Part shown: positions 43,727-53,705 of the stretch, in pieces
Layout: each line of letters starts with the position of its first letter
Numbering within the stretch: position 1 is the stretch's first letter
Assembly (NCBI GenBank): GCA_964506575.1
Contig: CAZDLY010000006.1
Coordinates: 9,911 to 73,910 of the forward strand
Source: an uncultured Akkermansia sp.
Lineage (GTDB): Bacteria > Verrucomicrobiota > Kiritimatiellia > RFP12 > JAAYNR01
Reading direction: 5' to 3'
Length of the DNA stretch: 64,000 nt
Made by a program: the position numbers and the translations under genes
The notes under the pieces: model-generated
The model's database searches: none
The model's input: the letters and a program-made list of their open reading frames with translations, nothing else
What the model was told of the DNA's origin: nothing

Positions 43727-46636
43727 TTAACTGCGGGTGATTTCAAGACCGGTGTGCGAGAGGGAGACATCGACAAAGCGCGCGCGGCCATTCGGCGGGT
43801 GGTCCAGCAGTTCCCGGCGCAGCCGCGCGCCCTGCTCCGGCGTCTCGGCCAGCAGAAGCATGTAGCCGCCGCCGCCCGCGCCGGCGAGCTTGGTGGCGGC
43901 GAGCCAGGGCGACACGCGGTCGATGATCCCCTGCACCTCGGGCGGATTGGTTCCGGCGTCGAGCATGCGGTTCAGGAGCCAGCTCCGGCGGATCGCCTCG
44001 GCAAACACCGGCCAGTCGTGCCGCTGCAGCGCCTCCGCGGCGAAGTCGGCGTTCAAGCCGATCGCCTCGATGGTGCGGATGCGCTCGGCGTCGTTGAGCA
44101 ACAGCCCCTTGACGATCTCGCCCAGGATATTGTGCGCCACGCGCGTCAGCCCGGTGTAATAGAGTTGGAACCGCCTGTCGGCGATGGCCGCATCGAGCAT
44201 CGCGGTCGGCAGCCAGCGGATGACCGGCTTCTGCTGCAGGCCGGGGGCGCTTTCGATCTGCTTCAATCCGCCGACAATGCCGCCGACCTGGTCCTGCCAG
44301 CCGCCGCCGGAGGTGAGGATCTGCTCCAGCGCGAGGGTGCGGATGAACAGATCCTGCTCGTTCCAGTGCAGGCCGGCGAGGTCGCCGAGTGTGCCGAGGA
44401 GGGTGGCGGCCAGAATGCTGCTGGTGCCCAGCCCCGAACCCTTGGGAATGGCGGCCAGCAGGGTGAGTTCGATGCCGCCGCCAAACGTGTCGCGGAGAAA
44501 CTGATCGAGCGGCGCGCCGCGCCCGGCGGCGTTGAAGGCGGGGTCGAACCCGGCCAGGCGGAAGGCGGCGCGGGCGATCCCGAAACCGCTGCCGAGCCGC
44601 TCTTCGGCCAGCAGGTCTTCGGTGGTCTCGATCACCTCGCCGACGCCCAGATCGATGCTGCGAATCACGAGGCACGGCTTTTCGCAGACACGCGCAAACG
44701 CCTGCACCGGCGGCTGGCCGTTGAGGTTGACCGCCAGATTGACCACGCGGCCGCCGTGTTCGAGGCAATAGGGCGGGGTGTCGGTCCATCCGCCGGCAAA
44801 ATCGAGGCGGGCGGGCGCGCGGCCCCACACGATCTGATCCTCCCCCGCCGCGCGGCGGGGCGAAACCGGCGCCACGGCCAGTTTGGCCGCCAGCAGGTCG
44901 CGCAGACGGCCGGCGGCGCGGTTCGGGCGGCCGACGGCGGGGGCGGCGAGCCGGTCGCGCACGGCCAGGTCATGCACGGCGGCCAGCTCCGAGACGGGGC
45001 GGCCCTGGGACTCCAGCAGCGGCAGGATGACGGCCCCGGATGCAACGGCCACCCGGCGCGCGACGGCTTCGAGATCGAGCGACAGGCATCGCTTCTGCCA
45101 GGCCTGGGGCGACAGGCGGGCGAAAACGGCATCGACGGCCGTTGAGCGCGCGGCGGCGCGCGCCGCCGTGTCGGCCCGGCACAGCAGCTCGGCCGCCGAG
45201 ACGCGCGGCGCCTCCAGCCAGAGCCGGAGGGAGGCGGGGTCGGCCGCGGGCCGGAGCGCCGTCATCCACGCGAGCAACGGCCCGTAGCGCGGATCGTCCG
45301 CGGCGAGCCTCGGGAAGAGCGGCGCGTCCTGGATGTCGGTGGTGGGGGCGAGTCCCGCCTGTTCACAGGAAAGGCCGCGCGCCTGCAGCCAGTCGGCCAG
45401 GGGACGTTCCATCCACCGCGTGGCGGGATCGGACAGCGCCCCGCGGAAGGGATCGTCAAAGCCGTAGACACGCAGGCAGACGCCGGCTTCGCCGCGCAGG
45501 CCGATGCAGTCCAGGCAGACGCCGGAGGGGAGGTCCAGCGCCCACGCGTTATCGGGGATGCCGGTGAGGACATGGCGGTCGCGCAGCGTCCAGGCGGCGG
45601 GGATGGTCGCATTCTCGATCCAGAGGAGGCGGTTCGCGCTGGTGAGCGGCACGCGCAGGTCGGCGTTGAGGACCAAACAATGCTCGTGCGCCTCGGCCGA
45701 ACCCAGACCCACGGCCTGGGCGTGCCCGGACGCCTGGGCCAGCTCGACGGCGGAGGAGATGATGCTGCGGCTGGTGCCGAAATGGAAGAAGCGCCCGGCG
45801 GGCAGGGGCAGCACCGCCGCGGAAAGCGCCGAGATCTCGGGATCGGGCGCGACGGGCGCCGCGCCGAGGGCGAGGCCGAAACGGTCAAACAGCTCGTAGT
45901 GCGAAGGCGTGCCGCCCGCATACGTCTGGGTCTCGGAAGACCAGCCGCATTGGCGCACGAGCACCGAGACGGCCCGCGCGCTCAACAGCCACACGCCGGT
46001 GTCGAGGTAGAAGGCGTGGGAGTCGGCCAGCACGCGGGTCTTTTCGGGCGGCGGCTTCTGCAGGAAGAAATCCAGGGCACCCGTCGCCGCGTTGCGGCAG
46101 AACAGGACGCCGTGGCGGCTCCCCTCATCGGGAGTCGAGCGGATGCCGACGATCAGGACATCGGCTTCGGGAAAGGCGGGGGTGAACGCCGGGTTCGTCA
46201 GCAGCACGTCGCCGCAGGTGATCATCACCCGGTACGAGGCGGGCGCATGACGGAGGATGCGGCTGTAGGCGTCGAGTTGAAAGTCGATGAGCCGCTGATC
46301 GGGCGCCTGTCCGGCGCGCGCCGGCAACAGCGGCAGGGGCAGCAGCGGCTTGCCTTCGGCGGCGTAGGCCGGGAGGCGGCGGCTCTGGCCGCTGCCATGG
46401 ACAATCAGCTTGCGCGAGGCGTTCAGCCAAGCTTCAAACCCGCCCGTCTGCCGCGCGGACGACGCCCGCCACGCCTGATGGAGCACCTGGGCCGTGCCGC
46501 CGCCCGATCCGAGCTGACGGCCCGGCGGGTCGGAGGTGACAAAGAAATCGGCCGACGCCCGGTTCCACGGCTTGAAGCCGGCGACACCGGCGGCGGGAAG
46601 CGAGAGCAGGCAATCCGTGTTTTCCTCAACATGCAT
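43727..46636 (-). CDS. fkp: Bifunctional L-fucokinase / fucose-1-phosphate guanylyltransferase (Fkp-like)
   Basis: N-terminus ..LLSLP..FFVTSDPPGRQLGSGGGTAQVL, and a C-terminal GHMP kinase (GGWTDTPPYC.., PKGSGLGTSSILAA). The first ATG is at 46636. The ORF is open to a TTG at 46666. Confidence 0.85.
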   Translation of the reverse strand: MHVEENTDCLLSLPAAGVAGFKPWNRASADFFVTSDPPGRQLGSGGGTAQVLHQAWRASSARQTGGFEAWLNASRKLIVHGSGQSRRLPAYAAEGKPLLPLPLLPARAGQAPDQRLIDFQLDAYSRILRHAPASYRVMITCGDVLLTNPAFTPAFPEADVLIVGIRSTPDEGSRHGVLFCRNAATGALDFFLQKPPPEKTRVLADSHAFYLDTGVWLLSARAVSVLVRQCGWSSETQTYAGGTPSHYELFDRFGLALGAAPVAPDPEISALSAAVLPLPAGRFFHFGTSRSIISSAVELAQASGHAQAVGLGSAEAHEHCLVLNADLRVPLTSANRLLWIENATIPAAWTLRDRHVLTGIPDNAWALDLPSGVCLDCIGLRGEAGVCLRVYGFDDPFRGALSDPATRWMERPLADWLQARGLSCEQAGLAPTTDIQDAPLFPRLAADDPRYGPLLAWMTALRPAADPASLRLWLEAPRVSAAELLCRADTAARAAARSTAVDAVFARLSPQAWQKRCLSLDLEAVARRVAVASGAVILPLLESQGRPVSELAAVHDLAVRDRLAAPAVGRPNRAAGRLRDLLAAKLAVAPVSPRRAAGEDQIVWGRAPARLDFAGGWTDTPPYCLEHGGRVVNLAVNLNGQPPVQAFARVCEKPCLVIRSIDLGVGEVIETTEDLLAEERLGSGFGIARAAFRLAGFDPAFNAAGRGAPLDQFLRDTFGGGIELTLLAAIPKGSGLGTSSILAATLLGTLGDLAGLHWNEQDLFIRTLALEQILTSGGGWQDQVGGIVGGLKQIESAPGLQQKPVIRWLPTAMLDAAIADRRFQLYYTGLTRVAHNILGEIVKGLLLNDAERIRTIEAIGLNADFAAEALQRHDWPVFAEAIRRSWLLNRMLDAGTNPPEVQGIIDRVSPWLAATKLAGAGGGGYMLLLAETPEQGARLRRELLDHPPNGRARFVDVSLSHTGLEITRS

Positions 46637-46903
46637 ACGCGCAACCGCTTTCTGAAACCGCTGCAACCGGTAGCAGCATAACAGGAAAACCGGCGCATTT
46701 CAAAGAGCAAAGTGACCCCCTGTTCACGGGAAGGAAATGCAGCACGACCTCTCAGATGCTTCCCTACGGACCGAGCGGAATATTCACCCATTGCACCCGG
46801 GCAGGGTCCAGCACCGGTCGGCACTCCTCGGGGCGCGTCGCAAATCGAGGTGCGTCTTGCAGCGGTTGCGTCACTCCCTCGCTCGATTCAGTGGCATCGG
46901 CAG

Positions 46904-49132
46904 TCACTTGTGCCTGGAGCAGACGTGGCGCGCACATGCAGCACCGGCCACGGTCAGGCGCCCCCGCAGCCGGATGTCCTCCGATGAGCTTCCGACCATG
47001 ATCTCAAACACCCCGTCCTCGACCACGAGCCGCAGCTCCCGGCTCCACAGCGCCAGGTCGCGCCCCTGAAGGGTGAATGCGACCGTCTGCCGCTCCCCGG
47101 CGGCCAGGCTGACGCGCGCAAAGCCGCGCAACTCCTTGACCGGCACCGCCACACTGGCCACCTCGTCGTGGATGTAGAGCTGCACCACCTCGTCACCCGC
47201 CACCGCCGACGTGTTCCGCACCTCCAGGCGCACCGTGACCGGACGCTTCCCGTCCGCGCGCTCCGGCGTGATGACCAGATTGCTGTACTCGAAGGTGGCG
47301 TAACTCAGACCGAACCCGAACGGGAAGAGGGGCTTGCCATCGTTGTCGTTGTAATGGTAGGCCCGTCCGGAGGGCTTGTGGCTGTAGTACAGCGGCGACT
47401 GCCCCGCGTTTTTCGGGAAGGTGATCGGCAGTTTCCCGCCGGGATTGCATGCGCCGAACAGCACGTCGGCAATGGCCGTCCCCCCCTGCTCGCCGCCATA
47501 CCACGGCAGCAGCACCGCAGCCGCATCGTCAATCCATTTCGACAGGGTGACGGCGCTGCCGGCCAGCAGCACCACCACCACCTTCGTCCCGGTGGCCGCA
47601 ATCGCCCGGATCTCCGCCTCCTGGTCGCCCGTGATGATGTCCCGGCGGCGCTGCTCGACGATGATGGCATGCGCGGCATCGGCCGCGCCTTCCGCCGGCG
47701 CCTGGATGCGAGGCAGGTCGAGATTGGAGCGGTCGGACCCCTCCTCCTCGCGGATCGTGGCGAAATAGAGCGCGACCCCGCAGGACCGGGCGACTGCGGC
47801 CACATCCTCCCCCGGTCCGCAGACCCGGATCACGGCGCCCGGCGCGACCTGGGCCCGCAGGCCGGCGAGCGGGCTGACGCCCCCCCCGCCCCATCCGCCA
47901 TAGGGGCCGCTGTAATCGCCGAGGTTGACCGTGTCCGCAGCCGGACCGAAGACGCCGATGGCCGCGATGTCCTTCCGCAACGGCAGCACGCCATCCTGAT
48001 TCTTCAGCAGCACAATGGCTTTCCGCGCCGCCTCCAGCGCGACGGCCCGATGCTCCGGACAGCGCACCACCGCGTCCGCCTTCGCCTCGTCCACATACGG
48101 GTGATCAAAAAGTCCCAGTTCAAACTTCGCCCGGAGCACGCGCGCCACGGCGGCATCCAGCGCCTCCACCGGCACGCGGCCCTCCTGAACCAGGGAGAGC
48201 AGCGTCAGATCCGCGTTGGGAAGTTCGATGTCCAGTCCGGCCAGGAATGATTGCGCCAGAGCGTCGGCCTTGTCTGCGGCGACGTGATGCGCGGATTGGA
48301 CGCCATCGACTCCGCCATAATCCGAGACCACAAACCCTTCGAACGCCCACTCGCCGCGCAACAGATCGGTCAGGAGCGCCCGGCTGCACGTGCAGGGGAC
48401 CCCGTCAACGGAGTTGTAGGCCGCCATGATGGAGCGCGCCCCGCCCTCCTGGATGCAGACCCGGAACGGTTCCAGGAAGACCTCGCGCAGGATGCGCCAC
48501 GATGCGTGGGACGCATTGCTGTCGCGGCCGCCCTCCCCGTAGTTGTCGACGAAATGCTTCGGTGTCGTGATGATGTTCATCCCCTCCAGCGCCTTCACGT
48601 ACGCCAGCGCCATGCGGCAGGTCAGGTGCACATCCTCGCCGTACGACTCCTGCGCCCGTCCCCACCGCGAGTCGCGGCTGATATTGATGACCGGGGCAAA
48701 GACCTGGTGAATGTTCACCGCCTGGAGTTCACGGGCGATGACCGTGCAGACCCGCGACATCAGGGCTTCATCCCACATCGCCGCCAGGCCAATCGCCTGC
48801 GGGAAACAGGTGGCATCGCCCCACAGCGCGCCATGGAGCGCCTCCTCGTTGATCAAAACCGGAATTCCCAGGCGGTGCGCCTCGATGGATTTCTTCAGGT
48901 CGGCATTATTGATCGCGGCGCACTCCGAAGCCGTCCGCCGCACCCCCTGGTAATGGGCAAAATGGGTGAGCGACCGCACATGGCCCGCGCTGGTGTCACG
49001 CGGGTCCTGTCCGGGGTTATAGATCATCTGGCTGCGCAACTGGCCGACCTTTTCCTCCAGCGTCATCCGCGCCAGCACATCGCACACGCGCTTCTCAACC
49101 GGAAGCGAGGCATCCTGATAGGGGTGTTTCAT
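46904..49132 (-). CDS. Glycoside hydrolase family 3 (beta-glucosidase/BglX-like)
   Basis: LEEKVGQL, GFVVSDYGGV (nucleophile region), and C-terminal Fn3-like ELRGFARV. No obvious signal peptide. Confidence 0.92.
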   Translation of the reverse strand: MKHPYQDASLPVEKRVCDVLARMTLEEKVGQLRSQMIYNPGQDPRDTSAGHVRSLTHFAHYQGVRRTASECAAINNADLKKSIEAHRLGIPVLINEEALHGALWGDATCFPQAIGLAAMWDEALMSRVCTVIARELQAVNIHQVFAPVINISRDSRWGRAQESYGEDVHLTCRMALAYVKALEGMNIITTPKHFVDNYGEGGRDSNASHASWRILREVFLEPFRVCIQEGGARSIMAAYNSVDGVPCTCSRALLTDLLRGEWAFEGFVVSDYGGVDGVQSAHHVAADKADALAQSFLAGLDIELPNADLTLLSLVQEGRVPVEALDAAVARVLRAKFELGLFDHPYVDEAKADAVVRCPEHRAVALEAARKAIVLLKNQDGVLPLRKDIAAIGVFGPAADTVNLGDYSGPYGGWGGGGVSPLAGLRAQVAPGAVIRVCGPGEDVAAVARSCGVALYFATIREEEGSDRSNLDLPRIQAPAEGAADAAHAIIVEQRRRDIITGDQEAEIRAIAATGTKVVVVLLAGSAVTLSKWIDDAAAVLLPWYGGEQGGTAIADVLFGACNPGGKLPITFPKNAGQSPLYYSHKPSGRAYHYNDNDGKPLFPFGFGLSYATFEYSNLVITPERADGKRPVTVRLEVRNTSAVAGDEVVQLYIHDEVASVAVPVKELRGFARVSLAAGERQTVAFTLQGRDLALWSRELRLVVEDGVFEIMVGSSSEDIRLRGRLTVAGAACARHVCSRHK

Positions 49133-49248
49133 ACGCGGGAACTTTCTCCCATGGCCATCCAACGTGATCCATCGGGGGGTAAGCATGCCAGACGCCGTAG
49201 AAAATGTCCAGACCGCCTAACCGATTGCCTGCTGCATCATGATTACCC

Positions 49249-49298
49249 TTCACGTCCCGGCACGCATCTGCTAACATACGAGCGGAACCCTAGGTTCC
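49249..49298 (+). promoter_or_regulatory. Candidate promoter (TTCACG-N17-TAACAT) with a downstream palindrome GGAACC-cta-GGTTCC
   Basis: Read upstream of the EEP-pfk-era-pcm gene string. The palindrome sits about +7 to +21 relative to the -10 element. Confidence 0.3.
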
Positions 49299-49326
49299 GG
49301 CGTCTGAAACGGACAAGAGGAGCAAC

Positions 49327-50484
49327 ATGCACGAAAGGAAGGCCGGTCTCATCGCGGACACGCGCCATCGCCAGTCTGCCGGGAACCCCACGCCTGCTTG
49401 CATCGCGCCGTCGCGTGGCCTTTACGGGACACGCCATCGGCTTTTTGCGCGCCTCGTCTTCATCGGTCTGCTGGTGCTCGGCGGGACCGCCGCGCCCGCC
49501 GCCGACGTGACCAACCTCGTGATCGCGTCCTGGAACGTCGAGAACCTGTTCGATGCCGTGGACGACCCCGACAATCCGGGCGACGACGACTTCACGCCGC
49601 GCGGCAAGATGTACTGGTCCGCCGCCCGCTATGCGCAGAAGCTGACCAATCTGGCGGAGGTGGTCGCCGCGATGAAGCCTGACATCCTCTGCCTGGTGGA
49701 GGTTGAAAACCGCCGCGTGCTGGAGGATCTCTCCCGCGTGACCGCCTCCGCGTTCGGCTGGAATCTGCCGGTCATCATTCACCGCGAGGGAGGCGACAAA
49801 CGCGGCATCGACGTGGCCGTCCTCTCCCGCCGGGAACCGTCCAACCTCGTCTGGACGACCCCCGTCACCGGCATGCGCGACCAGCTCGCCGCGACGTTTG
49901 ACATCGGCGGCCGCGAACTGACCGTTTTATGCAATCATTGGAAATCGGAGCTGGGCCTTCCCGCCACCAATGTGGCGATCCGCACGCAGGAGGCCCGCCA
50001 TCTGGCGCAACAGGCGCGGGCAATCCTGACCCGCCGCCCGGAGGCCGCCGTCGTCGCAACCGGCGACTTCAACGACCTCGTCGACAGCGAGATCCTGGTC
50101 CGTTCGGCGGGTCTCGTCCCTTGGCCGCCCGGGCCCGGCCATCCGACGAACGCCCTGCTGCACAACCTCTCGGGCCTGCTGCCACCCGCGAGCCGCGGCA
50201 CGTATTACTACAGCCGGAACCGGGTGTGGAACTCCTTTGATTCCATCTCCGTCAGCCCCGGCATGCTCCCCGGCGCGGAGAAGCCCGCCGCCTGGCAGGC
50301 GGTGACCAACACCTACGCGATCTTTGTTTCCAGCGCGCAAACCAACGCGGCGGGCCGGCCGCTCTCCTACTGGCGGGCGCGCTCCGCAACCACGAGCGGT
50401 CGGCGGCGGATCGGCTACTCCGATCACTTTCCGGTGCGGGTCGAATTGCACGCGTGGCCGACGGAAGCAACCACCGGCCCGTGA
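49327..50484 (+). CDS. Secreted endonuclease/exonuclease/phosphatase (EEP) family protein
   Basis: Signal-like LFARLVFIGLLVLGGTAAPAA, then IASWNVENLFD...DILCLVEVEN...SDHFPV. A GAGGAG Shine-Dalgarno is present. Confidence 0.85.
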   Translation: MHERKAGLIADTRHRQSAGNPTPACIAPSRGLYGTRHRLFARLVFIGLLVLGGTAAPAADVTNLVIASWNVENLFDAVDDPDNPGDDDFTPRGKMYWSAARYAQKLTNLAEVVAAMKPDILCLVEVENRRVLEDLSRVTASAFGWNLPVIIHREGGDKRGIDVAVLSRREPSNLVWTTPVTGMRDQLAATFDIGGRELTVLCNHWKSELGLPATNVAIRTQEARHLAQQARAILTRRPEAAVVATGDFNDLVDSEILVRSAGLVPWPPGPGHPTNALLHNLSGLLPPASRGTYYYSRNRVWNSFDSISVSPGMLPGAEKPAAWQAVTNTYAIFVSSAQTNAAGRPLSYWRARSATTSGRRRIGYSDHFPVRVELHAWPTEATTGP

Positions 50485-51869
50485 TGAGCGAGGAGATGCA
50501 CCCCATGAGCTTATTTGACCGCGTCATTCAGGACCCCGCCTCGTTTTGTCTGGATGTGGAGACGCTCGGCGAATGCCAGATCGAATCCCCGGCGCGTCTG
50601 CGCCAATTCATCACCACCGGGTCCCGCGCCGTGATGGCCTACGAAGTCGCGCTGCTCCAGACCGCGATGAACAAGCTCGATGGTTCCCTGCCTTCGTTCG
50701 AGATGGCCGGCCCGCACCGCACGATCTACCATGATCCGGCCTGGAGCCGCGCGGCGATCCTCACGGCGGGCGGCCTCTGTCCGGGCCTGAACCATGTGAT
50801 CAAGGGGCTGGTCGAGATCCTGACGTTCGACTACGGGATCAAGGTGATTTACGGGATCCGCTACGGTTTCCGCGGCCTCATTCCGCGCTTTGCCCATGCG
50901 CCGATGATGCTCAATCCCGATGCGGTCGACACCATCCACGAAATCGGCGGCACGATCCTCGGCTCCTCGCGCGGCGAACAGGACACCCGCGAAATGGTCG
51001 ACACCCTGACGCGCATGAACATCAATCTCCTCTTCTGCATCGGCGGCGACGGCACGCTGCGCGCGGCCCGGGATGTCGCCGACGAGTGCCGCAAGCGCCG
51101 GCTGGCCGTGAGCGTCGTGGGCATACCCAAGACGATTGACAACGATCTCAACTTCGTCGGCCGCAGCTTCGGCTTCGAAACCGCCGTCGCCGAAACCTCG
51201 CCCATCCTCAGCTCGGCCCATACCGAGGCCAAGGGAACCAACCATGGCATCGGCCTGGTCAAGCTCATGGGCCGCGATTCCGGGTTCATCGCCGCCTATG
51301 CCACCGTCGCCAACCCGATCGTCAACTACTGCCTGATCCCCGAGATGGACTTTGAGATTGAGGGGCCCGGCGGGCTCCTCGCGGCCCTCGATGGCCGGTT
51401 CAATTCGGGCAAGGATCACGCCGTGATCGTCGTCGCCGAAGGCGCCGGGCAGCGGCTGATCTCCGGCGGAGGGGATGAGCGGCGCGACGCCTCGGGCAAC
51501 CTGCTGAAGAAGGACATCGGGGAATACCTCCGGTTTGCGCTGGACGCTCATTTCAAGCGGACGAGGCGGGATGTCTCGATCAAATATTTCGATCCGAGTT
51601 ATTCCATCCGCAGCGTGCCGGCCAAGGGGACTGACGCCATCCGTTGCTACCTCCTGGCGCGCAACGCCGTCCACGCCGCGATGGCCGGGCGCACCAACTG
51701 CGTGATCTCCAACATCTCCGGGAACGCCTACACGCTCGTGCCGACGCAGCTCGTCTGCACCGAACGGCAGCAGGTGGATCTGAAGAGCGATCTCTGGAAG
51801 GCGGTGCTCGACGCCACGGGCCAGCTCAATTCCTTCAACCCCGGCAACACCGTCAGGCCGACGCCATGA
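50484..51869 (+). CDS. pfk: 6-phosphofructokinase (long form; phosphoryl donor unclear)
   Basis: TAGGLCPGLN, IGGDGTLRAA and GIPKTIDNDL. Start alternatives are ATG 50484 (TGATG overlap with the EEP stop) and ATG 50505 (GAGGAG 9 nt upstream). Confidence 0.9.
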   Translation: MSEEMHPMSLFDRVIQDPASFCLDVETLGECQIESPARLRQFITTGSRAVMAYEVALLQTAMNKLDGSLPSFEMAGPHRTIYHDPAWSRAAILTAGGLCPGLNHVIKGLVEILTFDYGIKVIYGIRYGFRGLIPRFAHAPMMLNPDAVDTIHEIGGTILGSSRGEQDTREMVDTLTRMNINLLFCIGGDGTLRAARDVADECRKRRLAVSVVGIPKTIDNDLNFVGRSFGFETAVAETSPILSSAHTEAKGTNHGIGLVKLMGRDSGFIAAYATVANPIVNYCLIPEMDFEIEGPGGLLAALDGRFNSGKDHAVIVVAEGAGQRLISGGGDERRDASGNLLKKDIGEYLRFALDAHFKRTRRDVSIKYFDPSYSIRSVPAKGTDAIRCYLLARNAVHAAMAGRTNCVISNISGNAYTLVPTQLVCTERQQVDLKSDLWKAVLDATGQLNSFNPGNTVRPTP

Positions 51870-52801
51870 ACCCGAGCGAAACACATCCAGCCCCCAGGCC
51901 GCGGTGCGCCGTGGTGGGCGTCGTGGGCCGGACCAATTCCGGAAAATCGACGCTCGTCAACCGGCTGGTCGGCGAGAAGGTCTCCATCGTCAGCCCCGTC
52001 GTGCAGACCACGCGCAACACGATCCGCGGCATCCTCTCCGAACCCCGCGGCCAGTTGGTCTTCCTCGATACGCCGGGGCTGCACAAGGCCGAGGGGCACC
52101 TCGGCACGCTGATGAACCGGATGGCCCGGCAGGCGGCGTCGACCGTTGACATCGTGCTGCTGGTGATCGACGGTTCGCATACGCCCCAGATTGAGGACGA
52201 CGGCTGGCTGCGGCGGCTGGCGCATACCGAACAGCCGTGCGTGTTCCTCCTCAACAAGGCCGACCGCGAACCGCTCTACACCGCCGACTACCAGACGCTG
52301 TGGACGGCGATCCTGCAGGAAAAGGGCGTGTCGAAGGAGGTCCTCTGGCTGAGCGCGTCAGCGGCGGGCGGCGCGGGCGTCGACGCGGTCACCGACACCC
52401 TGTTCACACTGGCCGCCCCGGCGGATGAGCTGCTGTTCCCGGAGGACGTGGTCTCCGATTATCCCCGCAAACTGGCGATCGCCGATGTCATCCGCGAGAA
52501 GCTTTTCGCCAAGCTCCTGGATGAATTGCCGCACGAGATCGCCGTGCGCGTGGACGAAATCGTTGAAGAGGGAGCCGACTGGCACATCACCGCCACCATT
52601 CTGGTCAACCGCTATTCCCAGAAGGGGATCGTCATCGGCGACAAAGGCCGTACGATCCGCACCGTCAAACGCGGCGCCGAACCCGAGATCAGCGACATGT
52701 TCGGCATCCGCGCCCATCTGGAGCTGTGGGTCAAGGAGGAGAAGAACTGGATGAAAAATTTCTTTCTCCTCCGCCAGCTCGGTTATATCGGCGACCGGTG
52801 A
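51866..52801 (+). CDS. era: GTPase Era
   Basis: GRTNSGKST (G1), DTPG (G3), NKAD (G4) and a C-terminal KH domain. There is an ATGA overlap with the pfk stop. Confidence 0.93.
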   Translation: MNPSETHPAPRPRCAVVGVVGRTNSGKSTLVNRLVGEKVSIVSPVVQTTRNTIRGILSEPRGQLVFLDTPGLHKAEGHLGTLMNRMARQAASTVDIVLLVIDGSHTPQIEDDGWLRRLAHTEQPCVFLLNKADREPLYTADYQTLWTAILQEKGVSKEVLWLSASAAGGAGVDAVTDTLFTLAAPADELLFPEDVVSDYPRKLAIADVIREKLFAKLLDELPHEIAVRVDEIVEEGADWHITATILVNRYSQKGIVIGDKGRTIRTVKRGAEPEISDMFGIRAHLELWVKEEKNWMKNFFLLRQLGYIGDR

Positions 52802-52886
52802 GCAATCCCTTGCGCCAGCGCGAATGCTGCGTTATAGTTTTGTCGTGAACACGCGCGAACGACGAACGTTTCAACAGGAGGCTCCC

Positions 52887-53639
52887 GTGCGCACAGTGTC
52901 AACGACACGAACGCCGGGGCTATGCGGAGAACCCGACCCGCCGGCCGGGCGCCCCCGGCTTGGCCGAGCCGCCGCCGAGCCCGGCATCTTCGCAGAAGCC
53001 CGTCAACGGATGGTGCGCGAACAACTGATGCCCGCCGGCCGGGACATCACGCATGCAGGCGTGCTCGCGGCGATGGCCCGGTTCCCTCGCCACGAGCTGG
53101 TTCCCGAGGCTATCCGCAACCTCGCCTACGCCGATGCGCCCCTGCCGATCAGCCACAACCAGACCATTTCCCAACCCTACATCGTGGCGCTCATGACGCA
53201 GTCGCTCGACCCCCGGCCGACGGACCGCGTGCTCGAGATCGGAACCGGCTCCGGCTATCAGGCCGCCATTCTGGCGCAACTGGTGCAGACCGTTTACACG
53301 ATCGAGATTGTCGAGCCGCTGGCGCAACGCGCCACGGCCGATCTGGCCCGGCTCGGATGCGTCAACGTCTTCGTGCGCGCGGGCGACGGCTGCCACGGCT
53401 GGCCCGAGGCCGCCCCCTTCGACGCCGTCATCGTCACCTGCGCGCCCGACCATGTTCCCGAACCCCTGGTCGCCCAGCTCCGCGACGGCGGCCGCATGAT
53501 CATCCCCGTCGGGCCTGACGGCGGCGTTCAGGAACTCATCCTGCTGACCCGGCGCGACGGCATCCTCCACCGCCAGGCCGTCCTGCCCGTGCGCTTCGTC
53601 CCCATGACCGGTGCCGTCCGCGAGCAGAAGCACGCGTGA
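52887..53639 (+). CDS. pcm: Protein-L-isoaspartate O-methyltransferase
   Basis: ISQPYIVALM and LEIGTGSGYQAAILA. GTG 52887 follows AGGAGG-N5. The ORF is open from 52824, so the start is uncertain. Confidence 0.87.
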   Translation: MRTVSTTRTPGLCGEPDPPAGRPRLGRAAAEPGIFAEARQRMVREQLMPAGRDITHAGVLAAMARFPRHELVPEAIRNLAYADAPLPISHNQTISQPYIVALMTQSLDPRPTDRVLEIGTGSGYQAAILAQLVQTVYTIEIVEPLAQRATADLARLGCVNVFVRAGDGCHGWPEAAPFDAVIVTCAPDHVPEPLVAQLRDGGRMIIPVGPDGGVQELILLTRRDGILHRQAVLPVRFVPMTGAVREQKHA

Positions 53640-53705
53640 CGATTGCTGCCCGTGCGGCAGCGGTCGCACGTTCACGAGCGGGTACGAACCCGGAACCACA
53701 ACCGG

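Noticed and set aside
46637-46903. Small ORFs (91-133 aa) and a possible regulatory RNA in the 267-nt spacer upstream of fkp.
   Set aside because: The ORFs are Arg/Pro-rich with no start signals and overlap each other in several frames. I could not identify a conserved RNA motif or a convincing promoter by eye.
52824-52886. Longer N-terminal extension of Pcm starting at ATG 52824.
   Set aside because: There is no Shine-Dalgarno before 52824, whereas GTG 52887 follows AGGAGG at ideal spacing. The extra residues match nothing in Pcm proteins. The start remains uncertain.
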